From positions 503,098-567,097 of the forward strand of contig CAVWNC010000004.1 of NCBI GenBank assembly GCA_963756455.1: DNA of 64,000 bases, read 5' to 3'. The notes under the pieces are model-generated. The model was given only the letters and a program-made list of their open reading frames with translations. It ran no database searches and was not told the origin of the DNA. How positions within the stretch are numbered: the stretch's first letter is position 1; each line of letters opens with the position of its first letter. Below, in pieces: positions 38,168-46,742 of the stretch. The position numbers and the translations under genes are program-made. Source of the stretch: an uncultured Acidobacteriota bacterium. Its GTDB lineage: Bacteria > Acidobacteriota > Thermoanaerobaculia > Multivoradales > UBA5704.

Positions 38168-39526
38168 GTGACGTTCAAGGAAGGGCTCATCCTGTCGCGT
38201 GGCCATCTCGTCTTCCTGGCCGGTCTCGCGGCGGCGTTCGGCATCGCCATCGCGCTCGAACGGGAAAAAATCCAGGTTCCGGTCCATGCGTCCGCTTCCC
38301 AGGTGACGGCGACGATGACCGCTCCGGGTCCGCCGCTGGCGCTGCCGGCGGTTCCGCCGCCCGGGCCGCTGTCGGCGGCGGACCTGGCGCGGGCGCAGCG
38401 GGCCTGGTCCTACTTCGAGGTCAACCGGCGACCGGAGACCGGGCTCGTCGACTCCGTCGACCGCTATCCGGCGACGACGATGTGGGATACGGCCTCCTAC
38501 CTGATGGCCTTGATCGCCGCCCGCCGCCTGGAGGTGATCCCACAGGCGACTTTCGATGCGCGGATCGCGGCCGCCCTGGGCGCCCTCGCGCGGCTGCCGC
38601 TCTTCGCGGGCAAGCTGCCCAACAAGTCGTACAACACGCAGTCTCTCGCCATGGTCGATTACAGCAACCACCCCACGCCGCGCGGCATCGGCTGGTCGGC
38701 GATCGACATCGGCCGCCTGCTCGTGCCGATGAACATCCTCGTCTGGCAGCAGCCGCAACACACCCCGGCCGTGCGCGCGGTCGTGGCGCGCTGGCAGCTC
38801 GCCGACCTGGTGCGCGACGGCCGGCTCTTCGGGGAGATCCTGAAACCCGACGGCCAGGTCGCGAGCCAGCAGGAGGGGCGCCTGGGGTACGAGGAGTACG
38901 CGGCCAAGTCGTTCACGCTCCTCGGGCAGGACGTCTCCGAAGCCCTCGGATACCGGGAGTTCGTGCAGTGGGTGAAGATCGACGGCATCGAGGTCGCGAC
39001 CGACAGCCGGACGCCGCAGCTCTTCGGGGCGCACAATTACGTCGTGAGCGAGCCCTACGTCCTCGACGGCCTGGAGTTCGGTTGGGATCGCGCCAGCCGC
39101 GATCTCGCGGCGCGGGTCTTCGCCGCGCAGGAGGCGCGCTTCCACCGCACCGGGGTGCTCACCGCGGTGAGCGAGGACAACATCGACCGGGCGCCCTATT
39201 TCGTCTACAACACCGTTTTTAGCGACGGCAAGGCGTGGAACACGCTGACCGACACCGGGGCCGATGCTTCGGTCGACCGGAGCCTGAGCGTCAAGGCGGC
39301 CTTCGGTTGGGATGCGCTCTACCGGACGGCCTATACCGCCCAGCTCGTCGCGGCGGTCGAGGGTCTTTACGATCCGGCGCGCGGCTACTATTCCGGCCGC
39401 TACGAGAGCGACGGCCAGCCGAATCGGGCGATCACCTGCAACACCAACGCGATTCTTTTGGAAAGCCTCGCCTACCGTCACCTCGGCCCGCTGGTCCAAG
39501 GCGACGCCGGGAAGAGCGCGCCATGA
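38168..39526 (+). CDS. paralog 1 of an unidentified about 450-aa secreted/membrane-anchored family
   Basis: GTG start with an AAGGAG RBS. N-terminal TM anchor. Family motifs are RAWSYFEVN, TGLVDSVDRYPATTMWDTASYLMAL, LPNKSYNT, IGWSAIDIGRLL and QEGRLGYEEYAAKSF. Confidence 0.6.
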   Translation: MTFKEGLILSRGHLVFLAGLAAAFGIAIALEREKIQVPVHASASQVTATMTAPGPPLALPAVPPPGPLSAADLARAQRAWSYFEVNRRPETGLVDSVDRYPATTMWDTASYLMALIAARRLEVIPQATFDARIAAALGALARLPLFAGKLPNKSYNTQSLAMVDYSNHPTPRGIGWSAIDIGRLLVPMNILVWQQPQHTPAVRAVVARWQLADLVRDGRLFGEILKPDGQVASQQEGRLGYEEYAAKSFTLLGQDVSEALGYREFVQWVKIDGIEVATDSRTPQLFGAHNYVVSEPYVLDGLEFGWDRASRDLAARVFAAQEARFHRTGVLTAVSEDNIDRAPYFVYNTVFSDGKAWNTLTDTGADASVDRSLSVKAAFGWDALYRTAYTAQLVAAVEGLYDPARGYYSGRYESDGQPNRAITCNTNAILLESLAYRHLGPLVQGDAGKSAP

Positions 39527-41055
39527 CGCCGCGTTGGCCGGCCTTTCTGCTGGTCGGCATCGCCGCGCTGACCGCGCTGGGGGGCCCTCTCGGCTGCAGC
39601 GGCTATGCGGCGAAGGCGGCTCCCGCGACGAGCGCGGCCGGCACGGCGGCCGTCTCCAGGGTGGAGCGCGAAGCGACGGCGGCGGCGGCCTGTGCCACCG
39701 GGCAGGGGCAGACGCAACCGGTCTGCTGCATGGCGACCGCGGCCTGCTCGGGCACGGCCCGTCATCCCGGGCGGAACGGCTGCCTGACGCCGAAAGAGCT
39801 CGAAATGGCGAAGATCGCCTGGCGGTACTTCGAGAACAACGAGCAGAAAGAGACCGGCCTCGTCAACGCCGTCGACACCTACCCGTCGACCACCCTGTGG
39901 GACACCGCCTCCTACCTGGGGGGGCTGATCGCCGCCCATCGCCTCTGCCTCATCCCGACGAGCGAATTCGATCGCCGGGTCGTCGCCCTGCTCCACACTC
40001 TGGGCTCGGTTTCGCTCTACCGGGGCGAGCTGCCGAACAAGGTGTACAACACGAAGACGGCGGAAAAAGTGAACTATGGGAACGTTCCCGGTGAGATCGG
40101 CTTTTCCGCCCTCGATATCGGCCGTCTCTTGATCTGGCTCCGCATCCTCCGCGAGTACTATCCGGAGCACGGCAACGCCGCGGACAGAGTCGTCATGCGC
40201 TGGAACTTCTGCCACGTCGTCGACGCCTGCGGCACCCTCTTCGGGGCCTACATCGATACCGACAAGTCGACCGTCTACGCGCAGGAGGGACGGCTCGGCT
40301 ACGAGGAGTACTCGGCCCAGGGCTTCGATCTCTGGGGAGCACCGGCGCCGCGGGCGGAGCTGCCGGAGCCCTACGCCGTCATCCCGATCTACGGCATCGA
40401 CATCCCGTACGACACCCGCGACCCGCGGGAGCTCAAGGCGCACAACTACGTCGTCTCCGAGAGCTACATCCTTTCCGGCATCGAGCTCAACTGGGACCTG
40501 GCTTCCGACAAGAGCGAAGACGACATGCACCACAGCATCCCCTGGATGGCGGATTTCGCCGACCGCATCTACCGCGTGCAGGAGGCGCGCTACAAGGCGA
40601 CAGGAATCGTGACGGCGCGCACCGAGCACCAGCTGGACAGCGCACCCTACTTCGTCTACGACACGATCTTCAGCGACGGCTTCGCCTGGAACACGATCAC
40701 CGAGGAGGGCCTGTATTCGCCGCGTTTCGCGGCGATCGCGATCAAGGGCGCGCTCGGCCTCTGGGCACTCTGGGATACGCCTTATACCGACCTGCTGTTC
40801 CGCATCGTCGCCAACAAATACGATCCGGAGAAGGGTTTCTACGAGGGGATCTACGAGGACGGCCGGGGCGTGATCAAAACCTTCACCGCCAACAACAACG
40901 GGATTCTCTTAGAGCTCCTGCTCTACAAGGTGGAGGGCAAGCTCCTGCGCTTCAGCGGCGCGCCGAGCCTCTGGGAGCACTATCTGGTCAACGAGCGCTC
41001 GAACGGCGCGGTGCGCTGCGTGCCGCGCAGTGTCAGCTGCAAGGATCCACCTTGA
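39523..41055 (+). CDS. paralog 2 of the same family, lipoprotein
   Basis: ATGA overlap with paralog 1. Lipobox LGGPLGC. Same motifs: TGLVNAVDTYPSTTLWDTASYLGGL, LPNKVYNT, IGFSALDIGRLLIWLRI and QEGRLGYEEYSAQGF. Confidence 0.6.
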   Translation: MTPRWPAFLLVGIAALTALGGPLGCSGYAAKAAPATSAAGTAAVSRVEREATAAAACATGQGQTQPVCCMATAACSGTARHPGRNGCLTPKELEMAKIAWRYFENNEQKETGLVNAVDTYPSTTLWDTASYLGGLIAAHRLCLIPTSEFDRRVVALLHTLGSVSLYRGELPNKVYNTKTAEKVNYGNVPGEIGFSALDIGRLLIWLRILREYYPEHGNAADRVVMRWNFCHVVDACGTLFGAYIDTDKSTVYAQEGRLGYEEYSAQGFDLWGAPAPRAELPEPYAVIPIYGIDIPYDTRDPRELKAHNYVVSESYILSGIELNWDLASDKSEDDMHHSIPWMADFADRIYRVQEARYKATGIVTARTEHQLDSAPYFVYDTIFSDGFAWNTITEEGLYSPRFAAIAIKGALGLWALWDTPYTDLLFRIVANKYDPEKGFYEGIYEDGRGVIKTFTANNNGILLELLLYKVEGKLLRFSGAPSLWEHYLVNERSNGAVRCVPRSVSCKDPP

Positions 41056-42476
41056 GGTCAGGGCCGTTGCGCGGTCGCTGGTGCCGGGCTCTCTCGCTCG
41101 CGGCGGCGATCCTGCTCGCCGGCTGCGGCGTGATCGTCCGCGGTGTCTATCGTGGGGTCTCTTCGGTCCGCGATTCCGAGCTCTTCCACCAGGGCCGGCA
41201 CGGCCCCTTGAGCGACGAGGAAAAGGAATGGGCGAAGGCGGCGTGGAAATACTTCGAGAACAATGAGAACCCCGCGACCGGGCTCGTCGGCTCGGTCGAT
41301 CAGTACCCGGCCGCGAGCCTGTGGAACCTGGCGGATCACCTGGCGGCGATGCTCGCCGCCAAAGAGCTCGGGCTCATCACCCAGCGCGACCTCGACGCCC
41401 GCCTGAGCCTCACCCTCCAATTTCTCAACACCATGCCCCTCTTTCTGGATCGGCTGCCCAACCGCCTTTACAACACGGCGAGCGGCCGCATGGTCAACTA
41501 TGCCAACCAGCCGGAGGCGATCGGCTGGTCGGCGATCGATCTCGGCCGGCTGCTGCTCTGGCTGCGGATCGCCGCCCAGCGCTACCCGGCCTATCGGGAG
41601 TACATCGAGAAAGCCGTGCTCCGCTTGAGCTTCTGCGACGTCGTGGACGAGTGCGGCGGGCTCCACGGCGGCGCCCGCATGCAGGATCGGCTGCAGCTGC
41701 TGAGCGAGGGGCAGCTGGGCTACCAGCAGTACGCCGCCCTGGGCTTTCAGGCCTGGGGCTTCGACACCACCCGCGCCTCGCGGATCGCGCCTTTCGCGCG
41801 CCTCAAAATCGACGGCGTCGAGATCCTCTACGACGCGGAAGATCCGAGAGAGACCGGCGGCTTCGCGCCGGTCCTCTCCGGCCCCGCCGTGCTGGAGGGC
41901 CTGGAGCTCAACTGGGATCGCGTCGACGACCGGACGAGCAACGACACCGAGCACAGCGATTTCGTCCTGGCGGATCTGGCAGAGCGCATCTACGCCGTCC
42001 AGGAGGCCCGCTTTCGGCAGACCCACGTGCTGACCGCGCGGACGGACCATCCGCTGTCGCAGAACCCTTTTTTCGTCTACGACTCGATCTTCGTCGCCGG
42101 CTATCCGTGGAACACCATCTCCGATCACGGCGACGTCTTCCTCGACAAGTCGCTGGTTTCGACCCGCGCCGTCTTCGGCCTCTGGGCGCTCTGGCGGACC
42201 GCCTACACCGACGAGCTGATGCGCGGCACGCGCCACCTCTACGACCCCCAGAAGGGGTGGTTCGAGGGGCGCTACGAGGCGACCGGCGGCTACGAGCGGA
42301 CGATCTCCTGCACCACCAACGCCATCGTCTTGGAGAGCCTCCTCTACAAGCTTCAGGGCAAGCTCTTCGGGCGCGACGCGCCCGGCTCGTATCTGACGGC
42401 GTTCCTGGCCGACCCGTTCCGCCATCCGGGGCGCTGCTTTCCGAACGAGAGGGCGGGATGCAAAGGCGAGCCTTGA
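41052..42476 (+). CDS. paralog 3 of the same family, lipoprotein (TTG start)
   Basis: Lipobox LLAGCGV. TGLVGSVDQYPAASLWNLADHLAAM, LPNRLYNT, IGWSAIDLGRLLLWLRI and SEGQLGYQQYAALGF. Confidence 0.55.
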   Translation: MRSGPLRGRWCRALSLAAAILLAGCGVIVRGVYRGVSSVRDSELFHQGRHGPLSDEEKEWAKAAWKYFENNENPATGLVGSVDQYPAASLWNLADHLAAMLAAKELGLITQRDLDARLSLTLQFLNTMPLFLDRLPNRLYNTASGRMVNYANQPEAIGWSAIDLGRLLLWLRIAAQRYPAYREYIEKAVLRLSFCDVVDECGGLHGGARMQDRLQLLSEGQLGYQQYAALGFQAWGFDTTRASRIAPFARLKIDGVEILYDAEDPRETGGFAPVLSGPAVLEGLELNWDRVDDRTSNDTEHSDFVLADLAERIYAVQEARFRQTHVLTARTDHPLSQNPFFVYDSIFVAGYPWNTISDHGDVFLDKSLVSTRAVFGLWALWRTAYTDELMRGTRHLYDPQKGWFEGRYEATGGYERTISCTTNAIVLESLLYKLQGKLFGRDAPGSYLTAFLADPFRHPGRCFPNERAGCKGEP

Positions 42477-44449
42477 TCCGCTGGGCGCGACTCGGGCTGA
42501 GAGCCGGCCGGATCGCGATCGTGATCGCGCTCGCCGCCGCTCGCTCGGCTCCGCTCGTCGCCCTCACGGATCCCAACACCCACGGGCGCGAGTTGCTCCA
42601 GGCCGGCGACCCGCGCACGGCGGGGGTCGCCTGGCTCGCCGCCGCCGCGGAGCAGTCGCGGGAGGGGAGCAACCCCGGCGTCCTGCGACAGGCGGCCCTG
42701 TCGGCGGTTCTCGCGACGATCGCTTTCGAACGCGCCAGGGATGGGCGCGCCTATGTCGCCTGGTCGCAGGCGATCCGCTGGTGGCTGGAGGCCGGCACCT
42801 CCTGGGAAGTGGAGCGCGCGGTCCTCGGCCGGCGGGTCCGCGAGATCCAGGCCAGCCTGCGGGGCGCGGAGGTGACCGCCGGAGGTCCCACCCCGGCGGC
42901 GGGGGAGCTCCAACTCCTCGCGCTCGCGTCCGCCACCGGCTTTCTCGACTACTCGGGGCCGCGGCCGGGCCTGCCCTCTCCCCAGGAGGACGCCGGGCTG
43001 CCGATCCCCGTGCAACGCGACTACTTCGCGCGTCCGCTGGGGGTGGAAGAGGAGGAGAAGAGCGCTCCCGAGACGCGGGGCCGCGTAGCAGAGGAGCCGC
43101 CGCCGGCCCTGGCTCTGGACCCCACTGCGAGCCCGGCCCCAGTTTCACCTGCCGGGCTTGGCGGGCACGGCTTGCCGAGCGCGGGCTCCCCCGCGGAGAT
43201 CACTCCCGCTCCGACTCCCAGCCTGCCGCCTCCGGCGCCTACGCCTGAGAAGCCCGCCGAGCCGAAGGGCGAGGCCGCGCCGCTCGCCATGACGGACCTG
43301 GCGGTGGCGCGGGCGGCCTGGCGGTACTTCGTCGCCGCCCGGCAGGAGAACACCGGGCTCTACAACTCCGTCGCCGGCTACCCCTACGCCACCCTGTGGG
43401 ATCTGGGCAGCGGGCTCGCCGGCCTGGTCGCGGCCGAGCAGCTCCACATCCTCGATGCGGGGAGCTTCCACCGCGATGCCGTGCTGTTCTTGACGACGCT
43501 GCGTGAGATGTCGCTCTACAAGGGCGAGCTGCCCAACCGCGAATACCAGACGCAGAGCGGCCGCATGGTCGATCTCCTAAACCACCCGTCGCCGGTCGGA
43601 AGCGGTTGGTCGGCGCTCGACCTCGGACGCCTGCTGATCTGGCTGCGGATCACCGCCGACTTCTATCCGGACCTCCGCCCGCGGGTCGAGAAGGTGGTCC
43701 AGCGGTTCGATTTCTCCCGCCTCGCGGCCGGCGGCGAGATGCACGGGGCGATCGTCACCAAAAACGGCGAGAGCCTCAACCAGGAAGGGCGCTTGGGCTA
43801 TGAGCAGTACGCCGCCGCCGGTTACGCTCTCTGGGGCGTGGCCCTCCAGGCGGCGCACGGCTACGGAGAGATCGTCTTCACCCCGCTCGACGGCCAGAGC
43901 GTCCCGCGCGACCGGCGCGAGAACGCCAATCTGACGAGCGACCCGTTCATCCTCGCCGGCCTCGAATTGGGCGGCATCGACCCGACCTTCCAGGGTTTCA
44001 CCGAGACCGTCCACGCCGCCCAGCGGCGGCGTTTCGAGACGACCCGGATGCTGACCGCGGTGGGGGAGGATGCGCTCGACCAGGAGCCCTGGTTCGCCTA
44101 CAACTCGGTCTTCGCCGACGACCGGCCCTGGCAGTGCCGGAGCGCCGGCGGCCGCGACGTTCCCGAGCTGCGGACGCTCGGCACCAAGGCGGCGTTCGGC
44201 TGGGCGGCCCTCTACCCCGACGACTACGGCAAGCGCCTGCGCCGGGCCGTCGAGCCGTTGCTCCATCCGCGCCTCGGCTTCTACGCCGGGATCTACGAGC
44301 GCGATGGCGCGACCAACAAAGCGCAGAACGTCAACACCAATGCCGTCATCCTGGAAGCGATGCTCTTCTTACAGCGCGGCGGCAAGCCCTTTCTCGACCT
44401 CCCGGCGATCCCGGCCGGGCCGGAGCCTCAGCGCGGCACCCAGCGGTAG
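42458..44449 (+). CDS. paralog 4 of the same family with an about 280-aa N-terminal extension and a Pro/Ala-rich linker
   Basis: ATG 42458 with MQRRALIRWARLG signal-anchor. TPAPTPSLPPPAPTPEKPAEPKGEAAP linker. Then TGLYNSVAGYPYATLWDLGSGLAGL, LPNREYQT, SGWSALDLGRLLIWLRI and QEGRLGYEQYAAAGY. The 5' portion of track ORF 41321..44449 is an out-of-frame artefact. Confidence 0.55.
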   Translation: MQRRALIRWARLGLRAGRIAIVIALAAARSAPLVALTDPNTHGRELLQAGDPRTAGVAWLAAAAEQSREGSNPGVLRQAALSAVLATIAFERARDGRAYVAWSQAIRWWLEAGTSWEVERAVLGRRVREIQASLRGAEVTAGGPTPAAGELQLLALASATGFLDYSGPRPGLPSPQEDAGLPIPVQRDYFARPLGVEEEEKSAPETRGRVAEEPPPALALDPTASPAPVSPAGLGGHGLPSAGSPAEITPAPTPSLPPPAPTPEKPAEPKGEAAPLAMTDLAVARAAWRYFVAARQENTGLYNSVAGYPYATLWDLGSGLAGLVAAEQLHILDAGSFHRDAVLFLTTLREMSLYKGELPNREYQTQSGRMVDLLNHPSPVGSGWSALDLGRLLIWLRITADFYPDLRPRVEKVVQRFDFSRLAAGGEMHGAIVTKNGESLNQEGRLGYEQYAAAGYALWGVALQAAHGYGEIVFTPLDGQSVPRDRRENANLTSDPFILAGLELGGIDPTFQGFTETVHAAQRRRFETTRMLTAVGEDALDQEPWFAYNSVFADDRPWQCRSAGGRDVPELRTLGTKAAFGWAALYPDDYGKRLRRAVEPLLHPRLGFYAGIYERDGATNKAQNVNTNAVILEAMLFLQRGGKPFLDLPAIPAGPEPQRGTQR

Positions 44450-45651
44450 AGCACCTTGTAGCGCACGAGAAGCCAGAGGATCGCCAAGGCCGCCGTGTGG
44501 AGGAGGGTATTGATCCACAGGTCGCCGTGCTCCGTCGTCAGGTGGAACGGAAATGCGTTGCTGAAGAGCGCCAGCACGTAGACGTGGACGACGAAGACAT
44601 AGAGCGAGGCCTGGCCGATGGGGATGAAGAACCAGCCGAAGGCGCGTTCGAGCGGTCGCCAGAGGAGGGTCAGAAGAGTGAGAGCGGCGACCAGGGCCAC
44701 GGCATCGTTTAAGACCCGCAGCGGTCCCAGGGTATTTTTGAGAAAGTAGGGATCGTACAGCTTGTTGAAGACCGTTGGCGGAATCATCGCCAGGCGCGCG
44801 TAGGCCGGGATGAGCGGATTGGGCGTGTTCTGGGCGAAAAAGAAGAAGGCGCCGAAGAGGATGCAGCAGGCGATGAGGAGCGGCCGGCCGCGCCGGCCGC
44901 TCATGAAGGCGAAGACGCTCTCCCGGTAATAGCCCAAGGTCAGGCCGTGGACGTAGAGGAGCTGCCAGGTGAGAAGGGGGAAGGCGTATTCGAACTGCGC
45001 TCCGGTCGGCATCTGCGGGTAGGCCCAGTTGAAAATGTAGAAGAGCCACGAGAGCGCGAGAAGGAGACGCCAACGCCCCTGCCGCAGGAGGAAGAGAGCG
45101 AACGGCGAGAGAGCCAGAAGACACACGTAGAGACCGAGGATCTGGATCTGGTGCGGTCCGCCGCGCAGAGTGAGGATGCGGGCGAGCCAGGTTTGCACGT
45201 TGTTGCCCGGCTCGGGGTAGAGCTGGTAGACGGTGCCGGAGCCGCGGTCGGTGAAGCTCATCACGGCCCGCATGTCCAGGACGGGCAGGAGACTCAGGAG
45301 AAAGATGCTGACGCTCACGAAGACGTTGACCCGGTAGAGGAGCGTCGCGCGGTCGAAGAGCTTGAAGCCGGCGTCGCGCCAACCCTTTTCCTCGATGCGC
45401 CGCCGGTAGATCATACCGATCACCGAGCCGGAGAGAAGGACGAAACCTTCCGCTCCGGAGATCACCCCGAACCTCTCCCAGGCGAGAAAGTTGTAAAGGG
45501 AAAAAATCTCGAAGTGGACGACGACGAGGACGAGCATCACGACTCCGCGCAGGAAGTCGATCCGCAGATCACGGCCGTCCGCGGTGGGACTGTAGGCCCA
45601 GGCATGCCGCGGGCCGGCCGGCGGTAGGACCGCGGCGATCGATTCGTTCAT
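44428..45651 (-). CDS. OpgC-like / acyltransferase-3-related integral membrane protein (candidate glucan acyl/succinyl-transferase)
   Basis: 407 aa with about 10 TM helices. N-terminal RIDFLRGVVMLVLVVVHFE resembles OpgC/acyltransferase-3 family N-termini. Its 3' end converges on and overlaps paralog 4 by 22 bp. Confidence 0.4.
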   Translation of the reverse strand: MNESIAAVLPPAGPRHAWAYSPTADGRDLRIDFLRGVVMLVLVVVHFEIFSLYNFLAWERFGVISGAEGFVLLSGSVIGMIYRRRIEEKGWRDAGFKLFDRATLLYRVNVFVSVSIFLLSLLPVLDMRAVMSFTDRGSGTVYQLYPEPGNNVQTWLARILTLRGGPHQIQILGLYVCLLALSPFALFLLRQGRWRLLLALSWLFYIFNWAYPQMPTGAQFEYAFPLLTWQLLYVHGLTLGYYRESVFAFMSGRRGRPLLIACCILFGAFFFFAQNTPNPLIPAYARLAMIPPTVFNKLYDPYFLKNTLGPLRVLNDAVALVAALTLLTLLWRPLERAFGWFFIPIGQASLYVFVVHVYVLALFSNAFPFHLTTEHGDLWINTLLHTAALAILWLLVRYKVLYRWVPR

Positions 45652-45676
45652 GGCGTCTCCTCGGTAGGGTCTCGGC

Positions 45677-46021
45677 TCAGCCGGCGGCGAGCGCTTCGAC
45701 GGCCTCCTCGGGGGTCGCGAAGAGCCGCAGGACGCGGTCGAGCCGGGTCAGCTTGATGAGCTCGGTGACCGGCTTCCGGCAGCCGGCGAGCGCCAGGATC
45801 CCGCCCTCGGGCGGCAGGCGCTTCAAAGCCGAGAGGATGGCCGAAAGGCCCGTGCTGTCGACGAAATCCACGGCGGAAAGGTCGAGCACGAGGAGGGACA
45901 GGCCGGTCCCGATGCGGTCGCCCATCCGGGTTTTGAAATCCGGTGCGCCGGCGGCGTCGAGCCGGCGGTCGAGGAGCTTGGCGAGCGTGACGCCGTGCGA
46001 GAGAGAAAAATCGATGTTCAT
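45677..46021 (-). CDS. second STAS-domain anti-sigma-antagonist-like protein
   Basis: LVLDLSAVDFVDSTGLSAILSALKRL carries the DSTG motif. 114 aa. Confidence 0.65.
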   Translation of the reverse strand: MNIDFSLSHGVTLAKLLDRRLDAAGAPDFKTRMGDRIGTGLSLLVLDLSAVDFVDSTGLSAILSALKRLPPEGGILALAGCRKPVTELIKLTRLDRVLRLFATPEEAVEALAAG

Positions 46022-46055
46022 GGCATCTCCTTGAAAGGCCTGGCCGCCGTTTCCG

Positions 46056-46742
46056 TCAGCGCCCGACCAGAAGGACGGTGGAATGGGGAGCGACCGTGTA
46101 GGTGAAGGCGTCGACGAGGAGCGGCTCGGCGCCGTCGGGGTTGAAATCGAAAGGCGAGGGAAGGGCGCTGTCGGCGGCGAGGCGGAAGCGGCGGTCGCCC
46201 AGAAGCGGCAGCTCGCAGAGCACGGCTTCGTCGCTCGAGTTGGCGAGGACCATCAGGGCGTCGTCGGTTTTTCCGCCAGGACCGGGATCGCCGATCGGCT
46301 CGCCGCCCCAGCCGGCGGCGCCGACCAACGCCTTGGCGAACGGATCGAGCAGCTCGCACCGCGGATCGAAACGCTTGAGAGGAATATCCGCCGCATCGGG
46401 CGCCTCGGGCGGACCGCCGGCGCGAAAGGCGTACTCGACCCCGGGGTCGAGGCCGGCCACGAACGCATGCCAGATGTCGCCCGTGCGGTTCGTTCGCGGG
46501 TCGAGGACGAGCTCGATGGCCGGCATCGCGACCGCTTCCGCGGTCGGCGTGCCGGGCGGGTAGAGGATCAGGTGGACCCACGAGGCGTGCGCCGAGACGA
46601 CGGCGAAATTGATGCCGCGCCGGCGGAGCGTGGCGCCGAGCGGCAGGGGATGGCCGCGCTCGACGGCGAACTCCGGGCTGACCAGGCCGAGGAGCGCGGT
46701 CCGCGGATCGCGCTCCCCGGCGGTCTCGGGGGCGACGTTCAT
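46056..46742 (-). pseudogene. glgX: internally deleted glycogen debranching enzyme (GlgX/isoamylase) remnant: N-terminal CBM48-like domain fused to the C-terminal domain, with the catalytic barrel missing
   Basis: PLGATLRRRGINFAVVSAHASWVHLILY and EYAFRAGGP...RFDPRCELLDPFAKAL match the GlgX N-terminus. LMVLANSSDEAVLCELP...TVLLVGR matches the C-terminal domain. Only 228 codons fit between the neighbours. The ATG overlaps the glgP TGA. Confidence 0.55.

Noticed and set aside
41321-42457. N-terminal 380 codons of track ORF 41321..44449
   Set aside because: Out of frame with and overlapping paralog 3, whose frame carries the family motifs. The real paralog 4 starts at ATG 42458.
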